Assembly (NCBI GenBank): GCA_026702755.1
Contig: JAPPBX010000049.1
Span: forward strand, 12,057 to 76,056
DNA: 64,000 nucleotides
Origin: Candidatus Poribacteria bacterium
Lineage (GTDB): Bacteria > Poribacteria > WGA-4E > WGA-3G
Reading direction: 5' to 3'
A program made the position numbers and the translations under genes. The number at the start of each line of letters is the position of its first letter. Position 1 is the stretch's first letter. This document shows positions 45,643 through 55,419 of this stretch, piece after piece. The notes beneath the pieces are model-generated. The model had not been told where the DNA came from, ran no database searches, and saw nothing but the letters and a program-made list of their open reading frames with translations.

Positions 45643-47150
45643 TACGTATAGGTTTCCGACACAATTGCTGCCACAAGACTCTTGACGGAGGCTTCCTTTG
45701 CCATCACGTCAACGTGAACGCCATGTTCCACTGCTGTTTTCTGTGTTGTGGGACCGATGACTGCGACCTTGACATCGGCGAGTAGGACTGTAGGTTGGTG
45801 TGCGGGGAACATCTCTAAGAAGTTCGTAACCGTTGAGGAACTGGTGAAGGTGACGAAGTCTATGCTGCCGTTTAGGAGTTCCGCTTCAATTGCCTCTCGG
45901 TTTTCGCCCGGTACCCTGACGGTATCATAGAGCGGTACATTATCGACATGTGCTCCTTTCTCGCGCAAAGCATCGGGGAGATCAGCAGTGGCGATTTTTG
46001 CACGCGGCAGGAGGATTTTCTTCCCGCATACATCCCCTATTTCAACGGCGATCGCACTTCCACGGGCGTTGGATGGGACAAAATCGGGGTGGATACCGAT
46101 GTCGTTGAGGGCTTCCACCGTTTTCGATCCAACCGCGCAGACGCTGCTTTCGCCGAATGCTCGTGCATCCTTGTCCTTTTCTCGTAAACTCTCATAGAAA
46201 ATCTCTACAGCATTGACACTCGTGAAGATAACCCAATCGTATTCGTTGGGAGAAGGCACGTCTACACCTTCAATAGGTTGAATCCTTATCGTGGGGAATT
46301 GGATGACTTCGGCACCGTTTGCTTCTAAAAGATCCGCGAATTCGCTTGCCTGTGCGCGGGCGCGCGTGACAAGGATCCGTTTTCCGAAGAGCGGTTTGGT
46401 GTCAAACCATCGGAGTTGCTCACGCAAACGGTTCACCTCACCGACCACGATAAGTGCTGGACTCTTGAGTTGGGCTGCCTCTACTTTTTGTACAATATCG
46501 GTAAGGGTGCCTTGGACGACGTGCTGTTGCGGTGTCGTTCCGACGCGGACTAAACTAACAGGTGTTTCAGGATCTCTACCGTTTGTTATCAGCCGTTCTA
46601 CAATTTGGCGAAGGTGTGCAACCCCCATGTAGACAACGAGTGTATCCACCGCCGTAGCGAGCTGTTCCCAGTTGATATTTGAATCTGAACGCAGTGCAGC
46701 GGAATGCCCCGTAACAAAAGCGACTGACGAGGCATAGTCACGATGCGTGACTGGAATACCGGCATAAGCGGTTGCAGCAACCGCAGAAGTGACACCGGGA
46801 ACGATCTCAAATGGAATGTTTGCTTCGGTGAGCGCAATCGCTTCCTCGCCGCCTCGCCCGAAGATATATGGGTCTCCACCCTTGAGACGAACAACAATTT
46901 TGCCTGCTTTCGCGTGCTCAACCAGCAAATGATTGAGTTCATCTTGGCGGGTGGCGCGGACTCTCGGATCGGGTGCTTGGATTTTTTCGGTGTGCGCGGG
47001 ACAATGTTCCAGTAATGCATCGTTGAGCAGTAGATCGTAGATGACGACATCGGCGCGTTGAAGGCATTCCACGCCTTTGAGGGTGATAAGTTTTCTATCC
47101 CCCGGACCTGCCCCTACGATATAGACGATACCCGTGCTCGGTTTGTTCAT
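45642..47150 (-). CDS. cobA-hemD: uroporphyrinogen-III C-methyltransferase / uroporphyrinogen-III synthase fusion (CobA-HemD)
   Basis: N-terminal IVYIVGAGPGDRKLITLKG...GGDPYIFGRGGEE SUMT motifs. C-terminal HemD-like half. Confidence 0.85.
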   Translation of the reverse strand: MNKPSTGIVYIVGAGPGDRKLITLKGVECLQRADVVIYDLLLNDALLEHCPAHTEKIQAPDPRVRATRQDELNHLLVEHAKAGKIVVRLKGGDPYIFGRGGEEAIALTEANIPFEIVPGVTSAVAATAYAGIPVTHRDYASSVAFVTGHSAALRSDSNINWEQLATAVDTLVVYMGVAHLRQIVERLITNGRDPETPVSLVRVGTTPQQHVVQGTLTDIVQKVEAAQLKSPALIVVGEVNRLREQLRWFDTKPLFGKRILVTRARAQASEFADLLEANGAEVIQFPTIRIQPIEGVDVPSPNEYDWVIFTSVNAVEIFYESLREKDKDARAFGESSVCAVGSKTVEALNDIGIHPDFVPSNARGSAIAVEIGDVCGKKILLPRAKIATADLPDALREKGAHVDNVPLYDTVRVPGENREAIEAELLNGSIDFVTFTSSSTVTNFLEMFPAHQPTVLLADVKVAVIGPTTQKTAVEHGVHVDVMAKEASVKSLVAAIVSETYT

Positions 47151-48073
47151 TTGTCGCTCTCCTGCGCCTTCAACAGTTCAGTCGCGCCACTATTCTTGAG
47201 TTTTTCGGCGACGACCCTACCTAAGTGTTTTGCTGCGCCTGGCGTTCCTGTGGCACGCTCCATAATGCGTACGCTACCTTCTGGATGACAGACCGTCCCG
47301 ACGAGTGAGAGTTTACCATCAGTATGCTTGGCATACGCGCCAATCGGTACTTGACATCCACCACCGAGGCTTTCCAAAACGGCTCTTTCAGCGGCGATTT
47401 CTGCTGTTGCACGGTGGTTGTTTAAAGGCGAGATCAGTTTTTCAACCCGGTCATCCGCTTCCCGTGTTTCAATCGCGAGTGCCCCTTGTCCAACTGCTGG
47501 GACCATCTGTTCTGTATGAAAAAATTGTGTAATAACCTCCTGTTTGAGAAGACGCTTAATGCCAGCAGCGGCGAGGATAATTCCGTCAAGATCGGTTTCA
47601 TGAAGTTTGCGTAATCGGGTATCAACGTTGCCGCGAACATCAACAACTTGCACGTCTGGGCGGATGTAGAGGAGTTGTGCTTTTCGGCGTGGGCTTGTGG
47701 TGCCGATTTTTGCACCTCCTGGTAGGCTTTCTAAGGGGAGTCCCGTGGCAGTGATGAGCACATCGCGTGGATCTTCTCGTGCGGGAATAGCAGCTATGCA
47801 GAGTCCTGCGGGTAATTCTGTCGGAAGATCCTTCAAACTATGAACAGCGAGGTCAATGTCGTCAATTAGGAGCGCATTTTCTATCTCTTTGGTAAAAACA
47901 CCTTTGCCCAGTCCGACCAACGAGCGGTTTTGAATCGTGTCGCCCGTGGTTTTGATGACTTTGAGGTGGACCTCAATATCCGAAAAATGGCGTTCTAATT
48001 GATCTTTGACGAATTGCGACTGCCAAAGCGCGAGTTGACTACCACGTGTGCCGATTGTGAGCGAGTTGTGCAT
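47147..48073 (-). CDS. hemC: hydroxymethylbilane synthase (porphobilinogen deaminase)
   Basis: TIGTRGSQLALWQ N-terminus. 4-bp overlap with cobA-hemD. Confidence 0.9.
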   Translation of the reverse strand: MHNSLTIGTRGSQLALWQSQFVKDQLERHFSDIEVHLKVIKTTGDTIQNRSLVGLGKGVFTKEIENALLIDDIDLAVHSLKDLPTELPAGLCIAAIPAREDPRDVLITATGLPLESLPGGAKIGTTSPRRKAQLLYIRPDVQVVDVRGNVDTRLRKLHETDLDGIILAAAGIKRLLKQEVITQFFHTEQMVPAVGQGALAIETREADDRVEKLISPLNNHRATAEIAAERAVLESLGGGCQVPIGAYAKHTDGKLSLVGTVCHPEGSVRIMERATGTPGAAKHLGRVVAEKLKNSGATELLKAQESDK

Positions 48074-48209
48074 TTTTTTTATAGTTGTCGGTTGTCAGAA
48101 GAATGGCTGTCGGTTTCCATCAGCAGTCAGCGGTCAGTCGCATAAGGCAGTGAAAGCGTCGGTAAATACCACGCGTCCTCTTAACTCTCACTGCGAGGCA
48201 AACTGATAA
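48074..48209. repeat. operon-internal GTCRG-rich spacer repeat plus AACTCTCACTGCGAGGCAAACTG box
   Basis: TGTCGGTTGTCAG...GCTGTCGG...CAGTCAGCGGTCAGTC. The box is also at 55383..55405. Confidence 0.6.
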
Positions 48210-49499
48210 CTATTCATCGTTAACATCCAAGGCGAATAATTCCCGTAACGCTTGAACATACTGTCCGTGATCAGCATCGCCATCGTTAACGGCGCAGCGA
48301 AGGTTCTCCATGGGATGGTGGAGCAGTTTTTTGACGATTGCTTGGGTCATAGAGGCGACAGCTGCCTCCTGCTGATCAGAAAGTGTTGCCTTGTAGAAAC
48401 ATGCTTGCAATTCAGTGTCAGCGATCTCTCGAAACTGCTGGTGGAGTGCTTTAATAGTGGGATTGACCTGAAAGATTTGCAATTGGTCGTAGAACCGCTT
48501 CGCCTCCTCAGCGACAATCTGTTCTGCTCGGGTTGCTTCCTGTTGTCGATCCTTGAGGTTGGAGGCGACAACGGCTTCGAGGTCGTCAATATTATACAGG
48601 AAGGCGTGGTCAATCTTACTCACATCGGGTTCTATATCGCGTGGTACAGCGATGTCAATGAGAAACATATACCGGTGCTTCCGTTTCCGCATAATGTTAG
48701 CGAGTGGCTGTCGTTTGATAAGATAATCCGGGGCATCGGTAGAACTAATAACGATGTCAGCATCAATGAGGAAACCGAGGTCGCTATTATAAGGGAGAGG
48801 TGTGCCGTTAAACTTCTCGGCGATTTTGACCGCCCGCTGGTATGTACGATTCGCGACAATCACGTTAGAGACACCATTTGCAACGAGATGCTTTGCTGTG
48901 AGTTCACTCATTTCACCTGCGCCGACAATCGCAACAGTCTTACCCTCAAGTGTATTGAAAATCCTTTTGGCGAGTTCAACGGCGGCGTAACTAATAGAAA
49001 CGGCACCTGTAGCAATAGTTGTCTCGGAGCGGATGCGTTTGCCAACGCTGAAAGCTTTGGTGAAAAGACGATTGAGAACCGTACCCGTGCTACCTGACGC
49101 ACGAGAGAAGTCGTAAGCGGCTTTGATTTGCCCCAGTATTTGGGATTCACCGACGACCATAGAATCAAGGCTCGATGTCACCCTGAAGAGATGTTGGATC
49201 GTCTCCAAGTTATAGTGAACATAACTCCATTTCTTGAGCGATTCCATGTCAATCTGGTGGTAACGGGAGAGGAATTGAACCAATATCTTGGCAGCTGCAT
49301 CGGCACTCCGCACGGGGTTCGCGACCGCATAGATTTCTACGCGGTTGCAAGTAGAGAGAATGACGGCTTCTTGAACCTGATCAGATTCACGAAGGTGCTG
49401 GAGGGATTCAGTAAGTTGTTCTTCGGAAAACGCCAATCTTTCCCTGAATTCAATGGGAGCGACATGATGGCTGGTTCCGACGGAAACGATTTGGTTCAT
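48210..49499 (-). CDS. hemA: glutamyl-tRNA reductase
   Basis: Start set at MNQIVSVGTSHHVAPIEFRE with a GAAGGA ribosome-binding site. Catalytic Cys in STCNRVEIY. Confidence 0.85.
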   Translation of the reverse strand: MNQIVSVGTSHHVAPIEFRERLAFSEEQLTESLQHLRESDQVQEAVILSTCNRVEIYAVANPVRSADAAAKILVQFLSRYHQIDMESLKKWSYVHYNLETIQHLFRVTSSLDSMVVGESQILGQIKAAYDFSRASGSTGTVLNRLFTKAFSVGKRIRSETTIATGAVSISYAAVELAKRIFNTLEGKTVAIVGAGEMSELTAKHLVANGVSNVIVANRTYQRAVKIAEKFNGTPLPYNSDLGFLIDADIVISSTDAPDYLIKRQPLANIMRKRKHRYMFLIDIAVPRDIEPDVSKIDHAFLYNIDDLEAVVASNLKDRQQEATRAEQIVAEEAKRFYDQLQIFQVNPTIKALHQQFREIADTELQACFYKATLSDQQEAAVASMTQAIVKKLLHHPMENLRCAVNDGDADHGQYVQALRELFALDVNDE

Positions 49500-49605
49500 T
49501 CCTTCTACCAAAAAATCTAAAAACGTGAAATGTTGTTTATATGCTTCGTAAATTATATCACATGTCAGCGGTTGTGTCAAATTTAGAATGGGTAACTGGA
49601 ATTAT

Positions 49606-51075
49606 TCAATTGTCCTGTGGTTTCTCAATATCTTGATGTTTTTGCTCGGTCTGTTTTCCGACATCTGGATTTAGTTCCCTAGCTTTTTCATAGTCAACTC
49701 GTGCTTCTTCTTGCAATCCGAGTGCCTGCTTTACCAGACTGCGGCTGTAGTAGGCGAGTGCACAATCCGGTTTGAGGTTGATAGTTTCAGTATAATCCTC
49801 TATAGCATCACGATAGTGGCTTTCTGTCTGCTCCATATTCCCCTGATCCGTTTCCAATTTACCGAAGTAAAATTTTGCATCACCACGATTTCTGTAAGTA
49901 TCGGTATCCTCCGGTTCAAGCAAAAGTTTCGCGTAATGGCGCATTAGAGAATCCTCGGCATACTCCGCTGAATTTAATCTAAGGGCTTCAGTACAATCGT
50001 CAATCGCTGCACAGTAGTACTCTTGTGCTTGCTCTTGGTCGCCTTGGGAGGCTGCGGATTGCGCCAGTTTAGTTTTCGTATAACCGCGATTACTATAGGC
50101 ACCTGCATACTCTGAGTTAAGTTTGATGGCTTTATTAAAGTCTGCAATCGCCTCGTTATAGTAGTTCAGTGCCTGTTCCACATTTCCCTTAGCCACCTCA
50201 GATTCACCTAATTTAGTCTTCGCATAACCGAGAATTCTGTCATCCTGTCCTAAACCTTCTTCCGCGTCGAGTTTGTTAGCTGTATTAAAGTCTGCAACAG
50301 CTTCGTGATAATAATGTTGTGCTTCCTCTGCGTTTTCCTTGACTTCTTCAAATTGGCCGAGATGTAACTTTGCAAGACCGCAAATTCCGTAAGCAGCAGC
50401 AAACTCCGGATTTAGCTCAACGGTTTTATCAAAAGCATCTATCGCTTCAGCATGGGCACCATGAAGAAATTTGAATTGTCCTTGAGCGTAGTAAGTATAG
50501 GCACGTATAGGATCTTTTTTCCGAAACTGTGCTAAAGGTTCGGTTAACTCCGATTGAGAAAGCAATACCTTGAGAGCGTTTGAGGGAACAGCAACACCGT
50601 AAGTTCCTGTGCTGCCAGCAGCAACACCTATAACTTCACTTTTACTGTTGAGCATAGGACCACCACTCATGCCCCCCACATACTCAGCGTCCACCCAAAA
50701 CTTTTTGCTGTCACCGCGGATACCCTGTATGATTCCGGTTGTGACCTTGTATTCAGTTTCTGGGAAACCTAAAGTAAAAACTCGTTCGCCGATCTGAACA
50801 GCGTCACTGTTCCCAAGTGGAAGAGGTTTACCTTCAGCCAACACCTTTAAGATAACCAAGTCATTTTTAAGATCAAACGTTGTTACACCGTCTACTTCCC
50901 ACACGGTTTCTCCATCAACTGACTTCGCAGAAACCAGTCCCTCCCCATAAACAGCATGGATGTTGGTAACAACCTTTTCAGGTTCTACAAAGAATCCACT
51001 ACCGACACCAACGAGTTTTCCCGATTCCGCCTCAATCGAGCGGATTTGTACAATAGATTCTCCGTTATGTTTCAT
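49606..51075 (-). CDS. trypsin-like serine protease with TPR repeats (paralog 3, no signal peptide at chosen start)
   Basis: Triad contexts TNIHAV, NDLVILK and GGMSGGP. Long TPR C-terminus. Start set at MKHNGES to avoid a 150 bp overlap with the upstream gene. Confidence 0.7.
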   Translation of the reverse strand: MKHNGESIVQIRSIEAESGKLVGVGSGFFVEPEKVVTNIHAVYGEGLVSAKSVDGETVWEVDGVTTFDLKNDLVILKVLAEGKPLPLGNSDAVQIGERVFTLGFPETEYKVTTGIIQGIRGDSKKFWVDAEYVGGMSGGPMLNSKSEVIGVAAGSTGTYGVAVPSNALKVLLSQSELTEPLAQFRKKDPIRAYTYYAQGQFKFLHGAHAEAIDAFDKTVELNPEFAAAYGICGLAKLHLGQFEEVKENAEEAQHYYHEAVADFNTANKLDAEEGLGQDDRILGYAKTKLGESEVAKGNVEQALNYYNEAIADFNKAIKLNSEYAGAYSNRGYTKTKLAQSAASQGDQEQAQEYYCAAIDDCTEALRLNSAEYAEDSLMRHYAKLLLEPEDTDTYRNRGDAKFYFGKLETDQGNMEQTESHYRDAIEDYTETINLKPDCALAYYSRSLVKQALGLQEEARVDYEKARELNPDVGKQTEQKHQDIEKPQDN

Positions 51076-51101
51076 GAATGGACCTCCGTCAGTTTTTTGA
51101 A

Positions 51102-51944
51102 TTATCGGTATGTATGCATGCTGTCTAAAAAGAGATCCACGCCGACATAGGTGCAGAGCACAGCAACGAAACCGAGGATTGCAGCGTACGCAGCTCTTCG
51201 TCCGTGCCACCCCCAAAACTGGCGGAGACCAATTTGGACGATATAGATGAACCACGTCACGAAGGTGGAGATTACCTTCGCATCAAGCCACCTCCACGGG
51301 ACATCTCGGATATATTGGGTCCAAAGACTCCCAACGATGACCCCCATTGTGAGCAGAATTACACCAAGAATTGTGCAGCGATACCCAAGCTCATCGGAAG
51401 TCCCGAGAGAAGGAAGGAGATTGTCAAGGAGTGCGTCCGTCTTCTGGCGAATCTTCCGCTCCGTCATCAGGTACATCAGTCCAAACCCAAACGCGGCGAT
51501 AAACGCTGCATAGGCGAGGAAAATAAGTGTGGTATGCGCCAGAAGCCAATAGTTTTGCAACGGTTCCGGGAGTGCAGCGGTGTGCGTGGCGAAACTATAC
51601 GAAATGAGGATAGCAATGAATGCAACAGGCATCACAAAACTACCGAGTGTGCGGAGATGCGTCAAACGCACGATGATGAGATAGATAAGTGTGATTGCCC
51701 ATGCAAAGAAGGCAGTGGAGTCGGTCCAGTGCGTCATCGGAAAATGCCCTTGTTGGAGCCACCAGAGCGCGATAAAGAGGGTCAGAAAAGCAAAACCGAT
51801 GCTGGTGCTCCAAAAAGCGATTCGTTCAATTGTCGGACGGATCACCGCCGCTCCGGATCTATTGCCGATAGCCAGCGAAAGGGTTTGAAAAATGCTCGCT
51901 GCTAAGTATATTAGAAGGGTGAGGAGAAACAGAAAATTTATCAT
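51102..51944 (-). CDS. cytochrome c assembly protein family (CcsA/HemX-like) membrane protein
   Basis: Eight hydrophobic helices and a tryptophan-rich segment. Position upstream of hemA as in hemAXCDBL-type operons. Confidence 0.6.
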   Translation of the reverse strand: MINFLFLLTLLIYLAASIFQTLSLAIGNRSGAAVIRPTIERIAFWSTSIGFAFLTLFIALWWLQQGHFPMTHWTDSTAFFAWAITLIYLIIVRLTHLRTLGSFVMPVAFIAILISYSFATHTAALPEPLQNYWLLAHTTLIFLAYAAFIAAFGFGLMYLMTERKIRQKTDALLDNLLPSLGTSDELGYRCTILGVILLTMGVIVGSLWTQYIRDVPWRWLDAKVISTFVTWFIYIVQIGLRQFWGWHGRRAAYAAILGFVAVLCTYVGVDLFLDSMHTYR

Positions 51945-52011
51945 ACGCTGTACTTTTTGAAACCATCAGGGCACACAGCAGGTGAATAATATGCCTCTCC
52001 GTTAGTCTTTT

Positions 52012-52875
52012 TCATTCGTTTTCATTTTCGCTGTTGACGAGTTGTGCCTGAAGGCGTTCTAACTCAGCCTCCACAGTCTGTCGCCGTTCCGTTTCCTCTC
52101 TGGCGAGTCTTTCTGCCACCTGTCGCCGTTCTGCTTCTTCTCTGGCGAGTCTTTCTGCCACCTGTCGCCGTTCTGCTTCTTCTTCTATCAACGTTTCCGC
52201 TGCCACTCGTAGGTGATGTTCTTCCATAGAAGTTGTAATCGGGGTTCCATCAGGGAGATAGGGACGTAACAGCCGCAGCTCCCACGCCTCATGCAGCTCC
52301 CACCGAAAATAAAGATTTAATGACGCACTGAACAAACCATCATCAGCATCTTCTTCAATCTCAACGATGTCGCCTAATGCATCCCGTCGCCACCCACGAA
52401 ATTCTATAGGGCGATTCATATCGGGTTGATGAATGAAATACTCCGCAACCCCCATATCACGCAGATACACCTCAACTTTTTCATGCCGGTCCTCAGACGC
52501 TGTTGTATCTGAAAGGAACTCAAAAACTGCTGTAGGGACGGTGCCTTCTGCCCAGGTATAAAAACTCCTTCGTAACGGAAGTTTCGGGGCACCGAGGGCG
52601 ACATACACATCGGGAGCCACGACCTTTCTGATATCGCCTTCTCGGTAATAGATAAAGTTGTCCATACCGACATGGATATACGGGTGTGCCTGAAAATATC
52701 GTAAGAATTGGTCAAATAAGCTATGCATCTGCATCCCGTGAAATTCGCCTGCTGGCATAGGTTCATCGTCCTCATAAGGGTAGCCTTGGATGTAAACGGT
52801 CGGTTTTCCACTCGCTTTTGGAAAGACAGGCATATACTTTCTTTGCTTGAGTTCAAAATCGTTTAGCGTCTTCAT
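52012..52875 (-). CDS. Uma2 family (DUF820) nuclease-like protein with C-terminal coiled-coil tandem repeat
   Basis: PDVYVALG...AVFEFLSDTT...KVEVY Uma2-type PD-(D/E)xK pattern. C-terminal (AERRQVAERLAREE)x2.5 encoded by a 39-bp tandem repeat at about 52063..52190. Confidence 0.55.
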   Translation of the reverse strand: MKTLNDFELKQRKYMPVFPKASGKPTVYIQGYPYEDDEPMPAGEFHGMQMHSLFDQFLRYFQAHPYIHVGMDNFIYYREGDIRKVVAPDVYVALGAPKLPLRRSFYTWAEGTVPTAVFEFLSDTTASEDRHEKVEVYLRDMGVAEYFIHQPDMNRPIEFRGWRRDALGDIVEIEEDADDGLFSASLNLYFRWELHEAWELRLLRPYLPDGTPITTSMEEHHLRVAAETLIEEEAERRQVAERLAREEAERRQVAERLAREETERRQTVEAELERLQAQLVNSENENE

Positions 52876-53000
52876 GATTTTCTTCCTTTGCCTATCGGGA
52901 CAGGAATGTCACTCATCCACGTAAGATGATTAAAGCAGTTCTCAACCGTTTTGAATTGAAAATCTTTAAAAAAGCAGACTATTTTCGATTTCGGGCAATT

Positions 53001-54176
53001 TTAACAACTCTCGTCCGCTTTGTCAAGTAGTTTGGCGGTAAAGGCGTTAGCGCGTTCCAAGTTGCCGTGCCGAACCCAGTTGAAAAGGCATTCGGCAGAA
53101 CATTCAGGATTTGTGAGACCGAGACAGCATGTTGTAGGAGGGGTTTGTAACCCCGATACCGAATCTTCAACGGTGTCAATGAGCATTTCAAAGAAGTCAG
53201 CACGCTTTTTAGGCGTTGGAAAAGCCTTGAGAATCTCAGAGCGGCGTGTTCCAAGGAATTCAACAAATGCTCCGTAGCCGTTGTTTTCAAATTGATTTGC
53301 GAGTTTTTTATGCAGGCGTTTCACCTTGTCAATGCCCGCGCCGCTCCGAGCCGATATACTGATTATTAGATTGTCATCTATTATGAGTTCAGGTGTGAAG
53401 TAGGTGCCGGTATCTGGTTCATCAAGGTATTCTCGAATGAAAGTACCTTCACTTCCATAAAACGCGCTTACAACAGAAGATTTATCTGCAATAACAAGGA
53501 ATGCATCTTCAAAGTGATGCGGTTCCATTTCGTCGGGTGCCGGGCATAACACAGAAGCACCACACTGATGTAGCAATGAGATACGGCGTTCAATTTCTGA
53601 CGTTCTTTCTTCACATAAGACGATACACGTGCGATTTTCCAATAGGAGATAGACTGGATAGGGCAGTCCTTGATTCTCGATCGGGACTGGTTCTCCATTT
53701 TCGTATCCGAGCGTATATAACGAAGTGGCGTTCAGCATGTCCTCAAAATATTCACGGATACGGCGGCTCGTCGCGGGACTTTTTCCACTTGTTGAGATGC
53801 TCAGCATGAGGTCGCCATCGGTTACGACAGAGGCAGCGGCAAAGGTGCATTGCGGGATAACATCAACAACATTGACCAAGCGAATTTTGTTTTTTTTGTG
53901 CGCTTCTGTGAAAACAGCACTATTAATATCCGTGAAATCAGTGGCTGTACAGACAAGAAAATAACCGTCTGTATCGCCAGGTTTCAACTGCCGCTCGTGC
54001 CAGCGGATTGTGCCGATATCTGAAAGGAAGGTCAGTAATTCCGTTGCGTCGGGACTGATTACGGTGACATCGCCGCCGCTGAGCAGCATAGCGACAACTT
54101 TTCGCTCCGCGACGGTGCCGCCACCGACAACGAGGCATTTCCGGTCCTGAAGGTTTATGTATGCAGGATAAAACAT
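53001..54176 (-). CDS. siroheme synthase N-terminal-type protein (precorrin-2 dehydrogenase / sirohydrochlorin ferrochelatase, SirC/Met8-like), apparently with a duplicated domain
   Basis: N-terminus MFYPAYINLQDRKCLVVGGGTVAERKV closely parallels the CysG N-terminus. A second similar block PVYLLLENRTCIVLCEERTSEIERRI follows. Confidence 0.65.
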   Translation of the reverse strand: MFYPAYINLQDRKCLVVGGGTVAERKVVAMLLSGGDVTVISPDATELLTFLSDIGTIRWHERQLKPGDTDGYFLVCTATDFTDINSAVFTEAHKKNKIRLVNVVDVIPQCTFAAASVVTDGDLMLSISTSGKSPATSRRIREYFEDMLNATSLYTLGYENGEPVPIENQGLPYPVYLLLENRTCIVLCEERTSEIERRISLLHQCGASVLCPAPDEMEPHHFEDAFLVIADKSSVVSAFYGSEGTFIREYLDEPDTGTYFTPELIIDDNLIISISARSGAGIDKVKRLHKKLANQFENNGYGAFVEFLGTRRSEILKAFPTPKKRADFFEMLIDTVEDSVSGLQTPPTTCCLGLTNPECSAECLFNWVRHGNLERANAFTAKLLDKADESC

Positions 54177-54267
54177 CTTAATGGTTGTCAGTGGTCAGTT
54201 GTTAATTGCCAGTTAAAAGGGACTTTGGTTAATCAAGCCTCTTTAACCGAAAACTGAAAACTATCCC
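54177..54267. repeat. operon-internal GTCAG-rich spacer repeat
   Basis: GGTTGTCAGTGGTCAGTTGTTAATTGCCAGTT. Confidence 0.55.
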
Positions 54268-55248
54268 TTATGACTCACGTGAAACGACGTAGTCCGCAAG
54301 TTTTACTAACGCGGTCCGGGCAGGTGTTTCAGGAAAGATTGCTAACGCTGCTTTGGCGCGGTCGGCGTAGCCTTGGGCAATTTTCAGACAGTGAGGTTCG
54401 ACACCGTATCGTTGGAACAGAGATTCAACAAAAGCGATTGCCTCGGTTTCATCCGTGTCAGGGTGTAGCATTTTTTCAAGCATCCGCTTCTCACTGTCAT
54501 CGCAGACCGTTCGCGCATAGATAATAGGAAATGTGAGTTTTCCTTCGCGGAGGTCACCGAACGCATCTTTCCCCAATTTATCGGAATCTTCTGTGAAATC
54601 AAGTAGGTCATCCACGATTTGGAAAGCGGTTCCGATCTGTTGTCCATAGACTGTGAGTGCCTCGATCTGCTGTGTATCTGTTGTACCGAGATGCGCACCA
54701 AGGGTGCAGGACGCAGCGATCAGTTTGCCGGTTTTGAAACTGATAATCTTGAGGTATTCGTCTTCGGAGATGTCAAAATCACCGCTCTTATATGCGTGGA
54801 TAACCTCACCTTCACACATCGCCTGTGTGGTATCGGCGAGGATCGCCATCGCTGGGTCATCAGAGCGGCGAGCCACAAGCATAGAAAGGACCCGTGCATG
54901 CAGGTAATCTCCGACGAGGACAGCGACCTTATTGCCCCATTTCGTCTGTAACGTTTCACGTCCACGGCGGATCGCAGCTTCGTCAAGTACATCGTCGTGA
55001 ACGAGCGACGCAACATGGATGAGTTCAACAACAGCAGCAAGTGTGTGTGCATCGCTCCCTTCATAGTCGCAAACTTTGGCAGAAAGCACAACGAGAATCG
55101 GACGGAGCCGTTTACCGCCACCCTCTACAACATGTTGGACCGCCATGTCAACAAAAGTGTATTCACTCGCGGTATGCTCGGTGAGTTTCGCTTCAATAGC
55201 ACTGAGGTCGTCGGCAATTAATTCAACAATTTGATCGAAGTTGGACAT
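54268..55248 (-). CDS. polyprenyl diphosphate synthase (trans-IPPS, IspB-like)
   Basis: First DDxxD LVHDDVLDE. Second FQIVDDLLDF. Confidence 0.85.
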   Translation of the reverse strand: MSNFDQIVELIADDLSAIEAKLTEHTASEYTFVDMAVQHVVEGGGKRLRPILVVLSAKVCDYEGSDAHTLAAVVELIHVASLVHDDVLDEAAIRRGRETLQTKWGNKVAVLVGDYLHARVLSMLVARRSDDPAMAILADTTQAMCEGEVIHAYKSGDFDISEDEYLKIISFKTGKLIAASCTLGAHLGTTDTQQIEALTVYGQQIGTAFQIVDDLLDFTEDSDKLGKDAFGDLREGKLTFPIIYARTVCDDSEKRMLEKMLHPDTDETEAIAFVESLFQRYGVEPHCLKIAQGYADRAKAALAIFPETPARTALVKLADYVVSRES

Positions 55249-55419
55249 AATGTAATGGTTTTCGGTTTTAATAGTTGTCAGTTTTCAGTACGATTTTTCT
55301 GCGAAAAATCTTTCAGTTATCGGTTAAGTACTTGTAATGGTTACCTTTCCTGTTCCTGCCATAAGAGACCTCTTTAACTGATAACTCTCACTGCGAGGCA
55401 AACTGGCGACTGACAACTA
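55249..55419. repeat. operon-internal spacer repeat (GTCAG-rich plus AACTCTCACTGCGAGGCAAACTG box)
   Basis: TAGTTGTCAGTTTTCAGT ... ATAACTCTCACTGCGAGGCAAACTGGCGACTGACAAC. Confidence 0.6.
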
